Assembly: GCA_046729555.1 (NCBI GenBank)
Contig: JBKPGW010000040.1
Location: 11,553-75,552 of the forward strand
Length of the DNA: 64,000 nt
From: Actinomycetota bacterium
GTDB taxonomy: Bacteria > Actinomycetota > Thermoleophilia > Gaiellales > Gaiellaceae
Reading direction: 5' to 3'
Shown here: piece by piece, positions 15,672-27,516 of the stretch
How the letters are laid out: each line of letters starts with the position of its first letter
Numbering within the stretch: the first letter of the stretch is position 1
Notes under the pieces: generated by a model
Told to the model about the DNA's origin: nothing
The model's input: the letters and a program-made list of their open reading frames with translations, nothing else
Database searches by the model: none
Made by a program: the position numbers and the translations under genes

Positions 15672-16781
15672 CTAACCAGGGGATTCGCGGAGGAGCGGAG
15701 CACAGAGGGCGAGGAGGACGGCCACGGCGCAGAGGAAGATGAAACCGCCGCGGAGGCTGGAGAGGCTCGATACGCCCCCAATCAGCGGCGGGCCGACGAG
15801 AAACCCGAGGTAGCCGAGGATCGCGACGGTCGAGAGCGCCGACCCGCGGCCGCCCTCGCCCCCGAGACGGCCTGCGAGCCCGAAGAGGGTCGGCGCTGAC
15901 AGGGCGAGCCCAGCGCCCGCGATCACGAACCCTGCGAGGGCGACGAGCGCGTGCTGGGCGGTGGCGGCGAGGATGACGCCCGCGGCCGCGGCAACGCCGG
16001 CGAACAACATTCGTGACCTGACGGATGGGCCTTCGATCCTCTGCGCCAGCAGGCGGCCGGTTGCCATCGCACCGGCGAACATCCCGGGCCCGAGGCCGCT
16101 GATCGCGGGGCCGGAGTCCAGCGTCCGCTCGAGGAAGAGCGCGCTCCAGCCTTCGAGGCCGCTCTCGACGAGGAAGGCAACCGCAAGCACGCCGCCCACG
16201 ACGAGCAGTGGCCGCTCGAGCCGCGCGCGCCGTTGCGCCGGCTCCGGCGGGGCCGAAGGAGCGAGGTTCGCGAGCACGGTCAGGGCGATCAGGCACGCCA
16301 CGCCGCCGAGAATCCATGACGGGTGCCCGCCTGCGCGCCGCAGCAGCCCGGCGCCCACACCCCCGCACAGCACGCCGGTGGAGAACGCCGCATGGAGTCC
16401 GTCCATCACGCGCACGCGATGTCTCGCCTCGATGCTCGCCGCCTGCGCGTTGACTGCGATGTCGAGCACGCCCGTACCCACGCCGACGAAGGCGAGGGCA
16501 GCGAAGAGCGCCGGCACCGACCGCGTCAGTCCCGGGAAGGCCGTGGCTGCACCGAAGAGCACGAGCGCGATCGGGACGAGCTTCGCTCCGAACAGATCGG
16601 CGAGCCGACCCGCAAGGAGCATCGCCGGGAGCGCGGCGAGCGCAACGCACAGCAGTCCGAAGCCGAGCTCAGCCTCGCTCGCGTCCGTCGAGCGCTGGAT
16701 CGCCGGCAGGCACGCCGCCCAGGCGCCCCAGTACAGCCCGAAGACCGCGAAGGCCGCGGCCAAACCTTTAGCGCGGCTCAC
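15672..16781 (-). CDS. MFS transporter
   Basis: 369 aa with about 11-12 hydrophobic helices. GTG start. Confidence 0.78.
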   Translation of the reverse strand: MSRAKGLAAAFAVFGLYWGAWAACLPAIQRSTDASEAELGFGLLCVALAALPAMLLAGRLADLFGAKLVPIALVLFGAATAFPGLTRSVPALFAALAFVGVGTGVLDIAVNAQAASIEARHRVRVMDGLHAAFSTGVLCGGVGAGLLRRAGGHPSWILGGVACLIALTVLANLAPSAPPEPAQRRARLERPLLVVGGVLAVAFLVESGLEGWSALFLERTLDSGPAISGLGPGMFAGAMATGRLLAQRIEGPSVRSRMLFAGVAAAAGVILAATAQHALVALAGFVIAGAGLALSAPTLFGLAGRLGGEGGRGSALSTVAILGYLGFLVGPPLIGGVSSLSSLRGGFIFLCAVAVLLALCAPLLRESPG

Positions 16782-16800
16782 GAAGCGCTAAAGAGAAGCC

Positions 16801-16829
16801 GGGGTCTGACCCCCCCGGGGTCAGACCCC
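16801..16829 (-). repeat. Bipartite palindromic element, copy 3 (terminator-like hairpin after disA)
   Basis: GGGGTCTGACCCC-CCC-GGGGTCAGACCCC is a perfect 13-bp inverted repeat, 17 nt after the disA stop. The minus strand continues GGCTTCTCTTT. Confidence 0.85.
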
Positions 16830-16846
16830 AGCCGTTGGTTTGACGT

Positions 16847-17974
16847 TCAGAGTTGCAGATACCGATCTACGAGGTTGTGCTCCTGCAGCCGCCGGAGGCC
16901 CTCGCGGATCTCTCGCGCGCGCACCGTGCCAACCCCGCCGATCGCCTCGAGGTCGCGCTGCGACGCGCGGACGATCGCCTCGAGGTCGCCGAGGTCGTGG
17001 ACGACCTTCTTCACGACCGCGTCCGGCAGGCGGGGAATGCGCGCGAGTATTCGGAAACCGCGCGGCGCCACGGAGTGGTCGAGCGGATTGACGTCACGTG
17101 GATAGCCGAGCAGCTCGGTGAGCCGTTCCGACTCGAGCAGCTGCCGGTACGGGAGCGCGTGCAGACCCTCGAGCGCGAGCTCCGCGCGGGGTCCCGAGCC
17201 GTCGGCGTGGTAGTCGTAGACGACGGCGGTACGCTCTGTTGGAACCTCGCCCACGAGCTCGTGGAGCTGCATGCGGATCAGCCGCGCCTCCGCACCGAGC
17301 TCGACGCAGTCGCGCTCTATCTCTGCCGCCATCCGCGTCGTCATCTCCGCGCGCTGCAGGACCACGAGCACGTCGTCGAGCACGACCGCGTTTTGGAACT
17401 CGAGCGCGGTCAGCCGCGTGAGTACCTGGTCGAGCCGCTGCCGGTACGTCTCGAGCGTGGCGAGCGCCTGGTTCGTCTTCGCCAGCACCTCCGGGACGGG
17501 ATCGAGCTGGTAGCGCGCCTGCCCGACGTAGACGGAGATGGTCGAGCGTTGCTGCGAGATCGAGATCACCAGCGCGCCCGTCTGCTTCGCAACGCGTTCC
17601 GCCGTGCGATGGCGCGTGCCGGTCTCGTTCGACGGGATCGTCGGATCCGGCATGAGCTGCACGTTCGCGTACGCGATCTTCGTCAGCGTCGGCGTGACGA
17701 TGATCGCGCCGTCCATCTTGGCAAGCTCGTACAGGAATTGCGACGTGAACGGCTGGTCGAGCCGCATCCCGCCGGAGAACAGAAACGAGAGCTCGTTCGG
17801 GTCGCCGATCACGAACAGCGCACCCTCGTGCGAGCGGATCACGTCGTCGATCGCCTGGCGGAGGTCGGTACCGGGCGCGATGCGCTCCAGCGCGTCGAGC
17901 AGCTGCGGATCGCGGCGCGGATCGTCCTCGGAAGGGGTGCGGGTGAAGCCGAGATGGGTTTGTGGCTCCTGCAT
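16847..17974 (-). CDS. disA: DNA integrity scanning protein DisA (diadenylate cyclase)
   Basis: 375 aa. DAC domain (GALFVIGD, DGAIIV, RHRTAERV), a linker, and a C-terminal HhH (IGGVGTVRAREIREGL). Confidence 0.92.
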   Translation of the reverse strand: MQEPQTHLGFTRTPSEDDPRRDPQLLDALERIAPGTDLRQAIDDVIRSHEGALFVIGDPNELSFLFSGGMRLDQPFTSQFLYELAKMDGAIIVTPTLTKIAYANVQLMPDPTIPSNETGTRHRTAERVAKQTGALVISISQQRSTISVYVGQARYQLDPVPEVLAKTNQALATLETYRQRLDQVLTRLTALEFQNAVVLDDVLVVLQRAEMTTRMAAEIERDCVELGAEARLIRMQLHELVGEVPTERTAVVYDYHADGSGPRAELALEGLHALPYRQLLESERLTELLGYPRDVNPLDHSVAPRGFRILARIPRLPDAVVKKVVHDLGDLEAIVRASQRDLEAIGGVGTVRAREIREGLRRLQEHNLVDRYLQL

Positions 17975-17993
17975 CAGACGTCAGTTTGCCAGG

Positions 17994-18905
17994 TCAGCCT
18001 GCGAGCTCAGGTTCCGCCGCCGCTACCACCCGGCGGCCGATGGTCGCCGTGACGAGCCCGACGAGGATGCAAGCCGCGCCGGCGAGCTGGAGCGCCGACG
18101 GCGACTCATCCACGATCAGCGCCGCGAAGACGACCGAGCACAGCGGCTGGAAGGTGAGCAGGATCGACGTCGTCACGGCTGGGAGGCGCGGCAGGGAGGT
18201 CGAGATCAGGAGCCAGCCAAGCACCTGCGACGAGAGGGCGAGCAGGACGAGCCAGCCGAGCGCCGCCCAGGAAGGCGTGAGGTCGAGATCGCCGACCGCG
18301 GCTCCGATCGAGGCGCAGCCGAGCGCCGAGGCGAACGTCGCCGTGAAGAGCGGTCCGGCGGGCCGGCGCAGATCGCGGCTGCCCTCGCGCAGCACGAGCA
18401 GGAAACCCGAGTAAGCGATCGCCGTCAGGACGCCGTAGAGGACGCCGAGCCCGGGATTCGATCCGTAGGCGCCCTGCTCGAGCGCGCCCGAGATCAGGAG
18501 CACGCCGAAGCCGACGATCGGAATCGCCGCGAGTGACGAGCGATGGGGCCGCTCGCCCAGGATCGCCCAGGCGAGCAGCCCCACCATGACCACCTGCGTA
18601 TTGCCGAGGACGGTCGCGAGGCCGGCGCCTACCTGCTCTATGCCGTTGTGCCAGAGAACGAGGTCGGCCGCGAAGAACGTGCCCGCCACCCACGCGAGCA
18701 AGGCCGCGCGGCGCCGCAGACGGCCATAGCACTGCGTCTCGAGACGCGCGAGAAACCAGAGCGGCGGCAACGCAAAGACGCAGCGGTAGAACGCCCCGGT
18801 CGAGGCGGACACGTGCGAGAGGCGGAAGAGGATTCCGGAGAACGCGATCGCGACCGCGCCGACGAGCACAGCCAGCACGGGCTTCTGGCCGACGCCGCGC
18901 AGCAC
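17994..18905 (-). CDS. EamA/DMT-family transporter
   Basis: 303 aa with 10 TM-like helices in two EamA-like halves. Confidence 0.82.
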   Translation of the reverse strand: MLRGVGQKPVLAVLVGAVAIAFSGILFRLSHVSASTGAFYRCVFALPPLWFLARLETQCYGRLRRRAALLAWVAGTFFAADLVLWHNGIEQVGAGLATVLGNTQVVMVGLLAWAILGERPHRSSLAAIPIVGFGVLLISGALEQGAYGSNPGLGVLYGVLTAIAYSGFLLVLREGSRDLRRPAGPLFTATFASALGCASIGAAVGDLDLTPSWAALGWLVLLALSSQVLGWLLISTSLPRLPAVTTSILLTFQPLCSVVFAALIVDESPSALQLAGAACILVGLVTATIGRRVVAAAEPELAG

Positions 18906-18926
18906 GCCGCAACGCTAACCAAGGGC

Positions 18927-18955
18927 GGGGTCTGACCCCGTAGGGGTCGGACGCC
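18927..18955 (-). repeat. Bipartite palindromic element, copy 4 (terminator-like hairpin after radA)
   Basis: GGGGTCTGACCCC-GTA-GGGGTCGGACGCC, 14 nt after the radA stop. The second half is slightly degenerate. Confidence 0.8.
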
Positions 18956-18969
18956 AGCAGTTGAACGCG

Positions 18970-20262
18970 CTACGCGAGCGCTGCCGTGACGGCCTTCGCC
19001 AACGTATCCGTCTCCGTCGGCGTGATCACGACCTTGATCCCGAGCTTCTTGCATTCCTCGAGCCGGCGGTCGGCTTGCCCGGCAGGACGCAGCCGGCCAG
19101 TGAGCCCGATCTCGCCGAACGCTGCAAGCCTCTCCTTCGTCGGGACGCCTTTCGCGGCGGACGCAATTGCCAGTGCGATCGCGAGGTCGGCGCCCGGCTC
19201 GTCGATGCGCACGCCACCGGCGACGTTGACGAAGACGTCCGCCGTTCCGAGCGCGACGCGCGCGTGCCGGCCGAGGACGGCGACGATCATCGCGAGCCGC
19301 TTCGGATCGACGCCGGTCGCGACGCGCCTCGGCATCGCGAGGTCCGTGGGCGCGACCAGCGCCTGGATCTCGAGGAGGATCGGCCGCGTCCCCTCGAGCG
19401 CGCACGCGACTGCCGAGCCGACCTCGCTGCCGGCCGTGCGGCCGAAGACCTCAGACGGATCGGGGACGCCGACGAGGCCGGCGCCGGTCATCTCGAAGAC
19501 GCCGAGCTCGTTCGTCGAGCCGAACCGGTTCTTCGTCGCGCGCAGCACGCGGTGCGCGTGGTAGCGGTCTCCCTCGAACTGCAACACGCAGTCGACCAGG
19601 TGCTCGAGCACTCGCGGCCCGGCGACCGAGCCGTCCTTCGTGACATGACCGACGAGGATCGTCGCGACGCCGAGCTCCTTCGCGCCACGCATCAGGCGAG
19701 CAGCCGCCTCGCGGACCTGCGCAACGGAGCCTGGCGCCGAGCCGACCTCCGCCGAATAGAGCGTCTGGACGGAATCGATCACGCAGACGTCCGGCCGCTC
19801 CGCCTCGAGCGTCGCGCAGACGGTTTCGAGCTCGGTCTCCGCGAGGATCTCGACGCGCTCGGCGCCGCCGAGGCGCTCGGCGCGCAGCTTCACCTGCGCG
19901 ACCGACTCCTCACCGGTGACCAGCAGCGCACGCCGATCCTTCGACATCGCCGCGAGCGCCGTCAGCAGGAGCGTCGACTTGCCGACGCCGGGCTCGCCGC
20001 CGACGAGGACGAGTGACGCGGGCACGAGGCCGCCGCCGAGCACGCGGTCGAGCTCAGCCACGCCGGTGGCGATGCGCTGAGCTTCGGTCGCCTCGACGTC
20101 GACCAGGCGCAGAAGCGGCTGGGGAGGCGCCTTCGCGCTGGGCCCGCCGACGACATCTTCGACGAGGGTCCCGAAGGAGTTGCAACCGGGACACTTCCCG
20201 AACCAGCGCCCTGCGGAGTAGCCGCAGTCGGTACACGCGTAGTTGACGGCGGGCTTTACCAC
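18970..20262 (-). CDS. radA: DNA repair protein RadA/Sms
   Basis: 430 aa. N-terminal C4 zinc ribbon (CTDCGY..CPGC), Walker A GEPGVGKST, KNRFG motif and a Lon-like C-domain. Confidence 0.93.
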   Translation of the reverse strand: MVKPAVNYACTDCGYSAGRWFGKCPGCNSFGTLVEDVVGGPSAKAPPQPLLRLVDVEATEAQRIATGVAELDRVLGGGLVPASLVLVGGEPGVGKSTLLLTALAAMSKDRRALLVTGEESVAQVKLRAERLGGAERVEILAETELETVCATLEAERPDVCVIDSVQTLYSAEVGSAPGSVAQVREAAARLMRGAKELGVATILVGHVTKDGSVAGPRVLEHLVDCVLQFEGDRYHAHRVLRATKNRFGSTNELGVFEMTGAGLVGVPDPSEVFGRTAGSEVGSAVACALEGTRPILLEIQALVAPTDLAMPRRVATGVDPKRLAMIVAVLGRHARVALGTADVFVNVAGGVRIDEPGADLAIALAIASAAKGVPTKERLAAFGEIGLTGRLRPAGQADRRLEECKKLGIKVVITPTETDTLAKAVTAALA

Positions 20263-20316
20263 TCAGCCAGTCTAGGTGCGGCACCTGATGACGGTCCGTG
20301 CCGCCTTGGTGACGAA

Positions 20317-21825
20317 TTACGGCGCGGTCGGCAGCAGGTCGTCGTCGAGGCCGCGGCCACGGGCGATCTGCTCGAAGATCATGCGGTCCGTGAGCCACTC
20401 GACCGGCGCGCGATCGTCGGTCAGCGGCCGGCCCCGCGGCCGAGCCGGCTGGATCCGGTCGAGGAGCGGCAGCAGCAGCCGCAAGCGGCCGCGTAGAGCC
20501 CGTGCGCGTGCCAGGAGCTCCGCGCGCCGGAGCGGTTGCGGAAGACCGATCAGGACGTCGTTGAAGCGAAGCGCACGCCAGCGCCAGACCTGTGGCACCG
20601 CCGTCAGCAGCGTCGTGGCAATCGCGTCGGAGAGACGGTGGTCGTCCGGCGTTGCAGCGACGTTGAGCGCGATCGCGCCGCCGGGACGCAGATGCTCTGC
20701 CGCGACCTGAAAGAACTCCTGCGTCGCGAGCTGAAACGGCACATAGGGCTGCCGATATGCATCCACGACGATCAGGTCGTAGCGTCGCTCCGAGCGCTCG
20801 AGAAACGGACGGCCGTCGGCGGTGATCAGACGAAGCCGCGGGTTGTCGCCGGCGCCGAAGAAGCGCCGCGCCACGTCGTTCACCTTTGGATCGATCTCGA
20901 CGCCGTCGATCTCGACGTCGGGATAGAAGCGACCGTATGCGCGGGCGACCGTTCCGCCGGCGTTCCCGATCACGACCATCCGTGACGGCGGGTGGTTGAG
21001 CAGCGTCGGCAGGATCAGAAACAGATCCCAGTAGCCGCCCGTGAGCACGGCGTCGCGGCGCCACTCGGAGTGCGTTGCGACACCTTCGTTCAGCTGGAGC
21101 TCGCGCAGTCCGTCGTCGTACTGGACGACGCGGATGTACTGGTACCGCGACTCCGTCTCGTAGAGGCTGTTCTTGATGTGGCCGGCCGGCAGCGCGAGCA
21201 ACGCCGCCGCAACGACCGGCGCGACGAGCCACTTGCGTCCGGCCAGCAGCGTGCCTGCGAGCGCGAGACATGCCGCCGTCCCGACGAGTGTCCGCTGCGT
21301 TCCGGCGAACGGGATGGCGACAAGGGCGGCGCCGAACGTGCCGACTAGGCTGCCCAGCGTCGACAGCGCGTACAGCCGGCCCGCCACCTTGCCGGCCTCG
21401 TCGACGTCGGCGAGTGCGAGCCGGATCGCGAATGGCGAAACGGCGCCGAGCGCCGTCATCGGGATCGCGAACAGCGCCAGCGCGGCGAAGACCGAGCCGA
21501 CGACCGAACCCACCGAGAGCGCGTCGAGCCCTTCGACGGCGACGCGCAGAATCGGCCGGGCCGCGAAGGGTGTCACCGCCAGAGCCGTTGCGGCGAGCAA
21601 CAGGATGCGCGCGAGCAGTGCCGGATCCGGGCGGCGGTCGGCGATCCGGCCTCCGAGCCAGTAGCCGAGCGCCAGGTACGCGAGCGTGAGCCCGATGATG
21701 TTCGCCCAGACGACGGTCGAGCTCCCGAAGTACGGCGCGAGCAGCCGCGAAGCGGCGATCTCGATCGCAAGGGTTCCGGCTCCCGCCAGAAACACGACCG
21801 GCTCCAGTCGTCGGACGCGAATCAC
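20317..21825 (-). CDS. Membrane-anchored spermidine-synthase-like protein (multi-TM N-domain fused to a class I methyltransferase-fold aminopropyltransferase domain)
   Basis: About 7 TM helices, then VVIGNAGGT and DLIVVDAY motifs. Start is GTG 21825 or 21795. The rest of the 679-aa ORF overlaps the divergent gene. Confidence 0.78.
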   Translation of the reverse strand: MIRVRRLEPVVFLAGAGTLAIEIAASRLLAPYFGSSTVVWANIIGLTLAYLALGYWLGGRIADRRPDPALLARILLLAATALAVTPFAARPILRVAVEGLDALSVGSVVGSVFAALALFAIPMTALGAVSPFAIRLALADVDEAGKVAGRLYALSTLGSLVGTFGAALVAIPFAGTQRTLVGTAACLALAGTLLAGRKWLVAPVVAAALLALPAGHIKNSLYETESRYQYIRVVQYDDGLRELQLNEGVATHSEWRRDAVLTGGYWDLFLILPTLLNHPPSRMVVIGNAGGTVARAYGRFYPDVEIDGVEIDPKVNDVARRFFGAGDNPRLRLITADGRPFLERSERRYDLIVVDAYRQPYVPFQLATQEFFQVAAEHLRPGGAIALNVAATPDDHRLSDAIATTLLTAVPQVWRWRALRFNDVLIGLPQPLRRAELLARARALRGRLRLLLPLLDRIQPARPRGRPLTDDRAPVEWLTDRMIFEQIARGRGLDDDLLPTAP

Positions 21826-21864
21826 GACGACGGTATAGCGGGTCGGGCGCAGTAAATTCGGATC

Positions 21865-22485
21865 ATGTCCCTCCGCGAACGCATCTTCGCAGCCGTCTAC
21901 GACCCGCTGAGCGCCCGCGCCGAGGAGAAGTTCGGGGCGGAGCTCAAGCGTAAGCTGCTGGCCAACGCGCGCGGTCGTGTGCTCGAGATCGGCGTCGGAA
22001 CAGGCTTGAGCCTCGCGCACTATCCGCCGGGCGTCGAGCTCATCGGCGTCGATCCGTCGGAGCCGATGCTGCGGCGTGCCCGGAGGCGCGCCGTCGAGCT
22101 CGGACGCGAGGTCGCGCTCGTCGAGGCGCCGGCCGAGGCGCTGCCGTTCGAGGACGAGTCGTTCGACACGGTCGTCAGCCTCGCCGTGCTCTGCACGGTC
22201 GACGATCCGTCGCGGGCGCTGCAGGAGATCCGCCGAGTGCTGCGGCCCGAGGGGCGCTTCGTGTTCCTCGAGCACGTCCGCTCGTCGGACCCGAAGCTCG
22301 CGCGGTGGCAGGACCGGCTCGAACGACCCTGGGGCTGGATTGCCGGCGGCTGCCACCCGAACAGGCGCACGCTCGAGGCGATCGAGGGAGCAGGCTTCGA
22401 GGTGGTCGAGCTCGAGCGCGAAGACCTGCCCGACATCCCACGGCTCGTAAGGCCGAACGTCATGGGCGTCGCCAGATCAGGCTAG
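21865..22485 (+). CDS. Class I SAM-dependent methyltransferase (Methyltransf_11 type)
   Basis: 206 aa. VLEIGVGTG SAM loop and FDTVVSLAVL. Confidence 0.85.
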   Translation: MSLRERIFAAVYDPLSARAEEKFGAELKRKLLANARGRVLEIGVGTGLSLAHYPPGVELIGVDPSEPMLRRARRRAVELGREVALVEAPAEALPFEDESFDTVVSLAVLCTVDDPSRALQEIRRVLRPEGRFVFLEHVRSSDPKLARWQDRLERPWGWIAGGCHPNRRTLEAIEGAGFEVVELEREDLPDIPRLVRPNVMGVARSG

Positions 22486-22492
22486 AAACACG

Positions 22493-22517
22493 GGAGGCCC
22501 GCACGAAGCGGGCCTCC
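22493..22517. terminator. Hairpin between convergent genes (candidate bidirectional terminator)
   Basis: GGAGGCCCGC-ACGAA-GCGGGCCTCC, a 10-bp stem. Confidence 0.55.
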
Positions 22518-22537
22518 GGTTGACCGTGAGAGGGCGG

Positions 22538-22963
22538 CTATTCGCCCAGGCCGCACTGCTCGAGCGCGCCGAAGAGGGCCGCGCCGAGCGGGCTGTCCTC
22601 GAGGTGGTCGATGCCCTTGAGGTCGGCGAGCACGCTCTCGTTCTTGTTGTGCCCCGCAAGCACGCCGTTCGGCCCAGCGACGCCCACCCCCAGCGCGAAG
22701 TACGGCGACAGGCCCGACTCCGCGTACGCGGCGGCAACGCATGACGCCTGCTCGGTCGTGATGCTTTCGCCGAGGCTGGCCGCGGTCTGCTGCACCGCGG
22801 CTGCGCTGCTGAGATCGAACAGCAGCCAGTTTCCGGACTGAGTCGATTGCTGCAGTCCTTGCAGCGACGACGACACCCGGATGCAGTCGAACGCGAATGC
22901 CGAACCGGCAAGAGCCAGCGCAGCGATCATCAGCGCGAGCAGCGCCAACAGACGATGTCTCAT
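22538..22963 (-). CDS. Secreted hypothetical protein
   Basis: 141 aa. Signal peptide MRHRLLALLALMIAALALAGSAFA. No recognised domain. Confidence 0.6.
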   Translation of the reverse strand: MRHRLLALLALMIAALALAGSAFAFDCIRVSSSLQGLQQSTQSGNWLLFDLSSAAAVQQTAASLGESITTEQASCVAAAYAESGLSPYFALGVGVAGPNGVLAGHNKNESVLADLKGIDHLEDSPLGAALFGALEQCGLGE

Positions 22964-23092
22964 CTTCTCCCCTTCTCGATTGGTTGACCGCAGAAGCGCC
23001 GAGGTATACCAGCGCGCTGTCGGGTCCGCTGCGGGAACCGTTAGTGCGCGTCGACTCGGACGTGCGCCGACACGTTGTCCTGCAGAAAGGCT

Positions 23093-23121
23093 GGGGTCAG
23101 ACCCCTACGGTGTCAGACCCC
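23093..23121 (-). repeat. Bipartite palindromic element, copy 5 (end of the clpC 3' region)
   Basis: GGGGTCAGACCCC-TAC-GGTGTCAGACCCC. The minus strand continues AGCCTTTCTG. The left flank AAAGGCTGGGG matches copy 1. Confidence 0.8.
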
Positions 23122-23261
23122 GTCGACCCTCCCCACCGTCGACCCTCCGCAGGATCTCCGCCGGACGCTAAGGCACGCGAAGCGGCCTTAGCGGGAGCGC
23201 GGAGGGCGGGCTTTGCCGGCCTCCGCGCCGTAGCCATCAGCCGAGCAGCGAAGCTGCTCGG

Positions 23262-25784
<2,523 letters not shown>

Positions 25785-26267
25785 CTGCGTCCTTTCCCTG
25801 GCTTGGAGGCTCATCGTAGCCCAGCCGGCGGAAGCTGTGCCTACGGCTTTACCTCTTCATTACTCGGCAAAAGGGAGGCTCAAGCTGAGCCCTTTTTCGC
25901 GGGCCAGCTTGCGACGTTTTGGGGGGTGCTGCCTGACCTCCTCCTCGTTCCGCTGCTTGCGGCCGGGTTCGCGTTCGGCCTCGCAACGGCCGCAACAGAG
26001 CTCACAAAGGGGCCGGCGCCCCAGTAGGCGTCACCTACGAGCATCGTCGAGACTTCGACGTGGGCTCCGGGCCGGACTCCCCCTGCCCCTCGCCGGGCAT
26101 CGTGAACGGAACACGGTCGACTCCGAGGCAGCGGAGCATGACTCGATCGTCGCGCAAGGCGCGTTCAGGCAATTCGCGCCCGATATCGGGTTCTACGTGG
26201 CGTCGGCGCTCCTTGCCTGCGTCGTCGGGATTTCGATCGCGCTCTATCTGAATTGATCGAAGGCGCT

Positions 26268-27506
26268 TCACCGTCGGCGGGTGCCGGCCACAGCGTCGTA
26301 AAGCTCCTCGAAGGCGGCGACGCCGTGCTCCCAGCCCAGGTTCGACTCCGCCCAGCGGCGGGCGCTCTCGGCGAGGCGGCGTCGGCGGGCAGGGTCGAGC
26401 AGGAGCGAGGCGAGCGCATCGGCCATCTCCTCCGCGTCCGCGGCCACGAGCAGCTGCTCGCCGGCCAACTCCTCGACCCCTTCCGCCGCACGCGGTGACG
26501 CGACGAGCGCCTTGCCCGCGGCGAGCGACTCGAGCACCTTCATACGCATGCTGCCCCCGCTGCGGATCGGCGCGACCATGACGGCGGCGCGGTCGAGGTA
26601 CGGGGTCACGTCGGGAACAGAGGCGTGGACCGTGACCGCGCCCCCGGCCAGCGCGCGCACCTCGGGACCGGGCTCGTGCCCGACGAGCTCCAGCCGCGCC
26701 TCCGGCACCAGCGCCGCGACGCGCGGGAAAATCGTTCGCGCCAGCCAGAGCACCGCGTCCACGTTCGGCGGATGGCCGAAGCTGCCGACGAAGACGATCG
26801 TCGGCGGCTCGCTGCCGATCGGATCGAGCGGCCGTTCCGGGACGTCGACCGCGAGCGGGATCCTCGTCAGGATCGCGCCGCCGGCAGTCGGACGGACGGC
26901 ATCCAGGTCGCGCTCGGCGAAGACGACGATGGCATCGAACCGCGGCCGCGTCGCGCGCTCGTAGCGCCGCCACGCCGCCGCCTCGAGCCGGCGCACCAGA
27001 CGTCGCGGTCCACGTGCCGCGCCGCGAAGCTCGTCGGCCCAGGCGGAGGCGGGGTCATAGTCGACGAGGACACGCGGGAGCCCATGCCGCGCGGCGACCT
27101 CGACATACTGCGCCATCGCTTGCAGGTGGATCTCGACGAGGTCGGGGTGCCATTCATCGAGCAGGCGCTCGAGCATCCGCGTGTACTCGGCGCTGCGGCA
27201 GTCGGTCGCCCACGGGGGCAGGCCGCGCAGCATCCCGACGACCCAGGCGAGGCGGCGCGAAAGCGGCGAGCGCCTTCCCGCCGGGATCTCGTGCACGACG
27301 TCGCAGTGCTCCGCGATCGCGGGGTCGACGTGGTCGTCCGGTGTTGCTCGCAGCGCGAGCAGGGCGATCTTGTTCCGCTCTGCCAGCCGGAGCAGCAGCT
27401 GCGCGGTGGCCTTGCCGCCGTGCCGCGCGTCGAGCCGAGGCGCGAACGGCGTGCAGACGAGCACGCGCCGCTCGCCACGTCGGGAGTCTGACGAAGCTGA
27501 GTTCAT
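26268..27506 (-). CDS. GT4-family (GT-B fold) glycosyltransferase
   Basis: C-terminal Glycos_transf_1 pattern (VAPIRSGGSMRMKVLESLAAGKALVAS). ATG 27506 is chosen, because the alternative ATG 27539 would overlap the divergent gene. The rest of the 563-aa ORF is an artefact. Confidence 0.85.
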   Translation of the reverse strand: MNSASSDSRRGERRVLVCTPFAPRLDARHGGKATAQLLLRLAERNKIALLALRATPDDHVDPAIAEHCDVVHEIPAGRRSPLSRRLAWVVGMLRGLPPWATDCRSAEYTRMLERLLDEWHPDLVEIHLQAMAQYVEVAARHGLPRVLVDYDPASAWADELRGAARGPRRLVRRLEAAAWRRYERATRPRFDAIVVFAERDLDAVRPTAGGAILTRIPLAVDVPERPLDPIGSEPPTIVFVGSFGHPPNVDAVLWLARTIFPRVAALVPEARLELVGHEPGPEVRALAGGAVTVHASVPDVTPYLDRAAVMVAPIRSGGSMRMKVLESLAAGKALVASPRAAEGVEELAGEQLLVAADAEEMADALASLLLDPARRRRLAESARRWAESNLGWEHGVAAFEELYDAVAGTRRR

Positions 27507-27516
27507 ACTGAGCCGC

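Noticed and set aside
15667-15681. CCCTG-CTAAC-CAGGG hairpin overlapping the MFS stop, followed on the minus strand by ATTTTGG, considered as a terminator.
   Set aside because: A 5-bp stem is too weak to call without data.
20317-22356. Full 679-aa ORF taken as one protein.
   Set aside because: The upstream ~177 codons overlap the divergent methyltransferase gene (21865-22485) and lack membrane or synthase features. The gene is trimmed to GTG 21825.
25877-25891. Hairpin with flanking A- and T-runs, considered as a confident bidirectional terminator.
   Set aside because: The stem is only 6 bp with a 3-nt loop, and no gene ends nearby on either strand. It is kept only as a remark within the clpC-leader finding.
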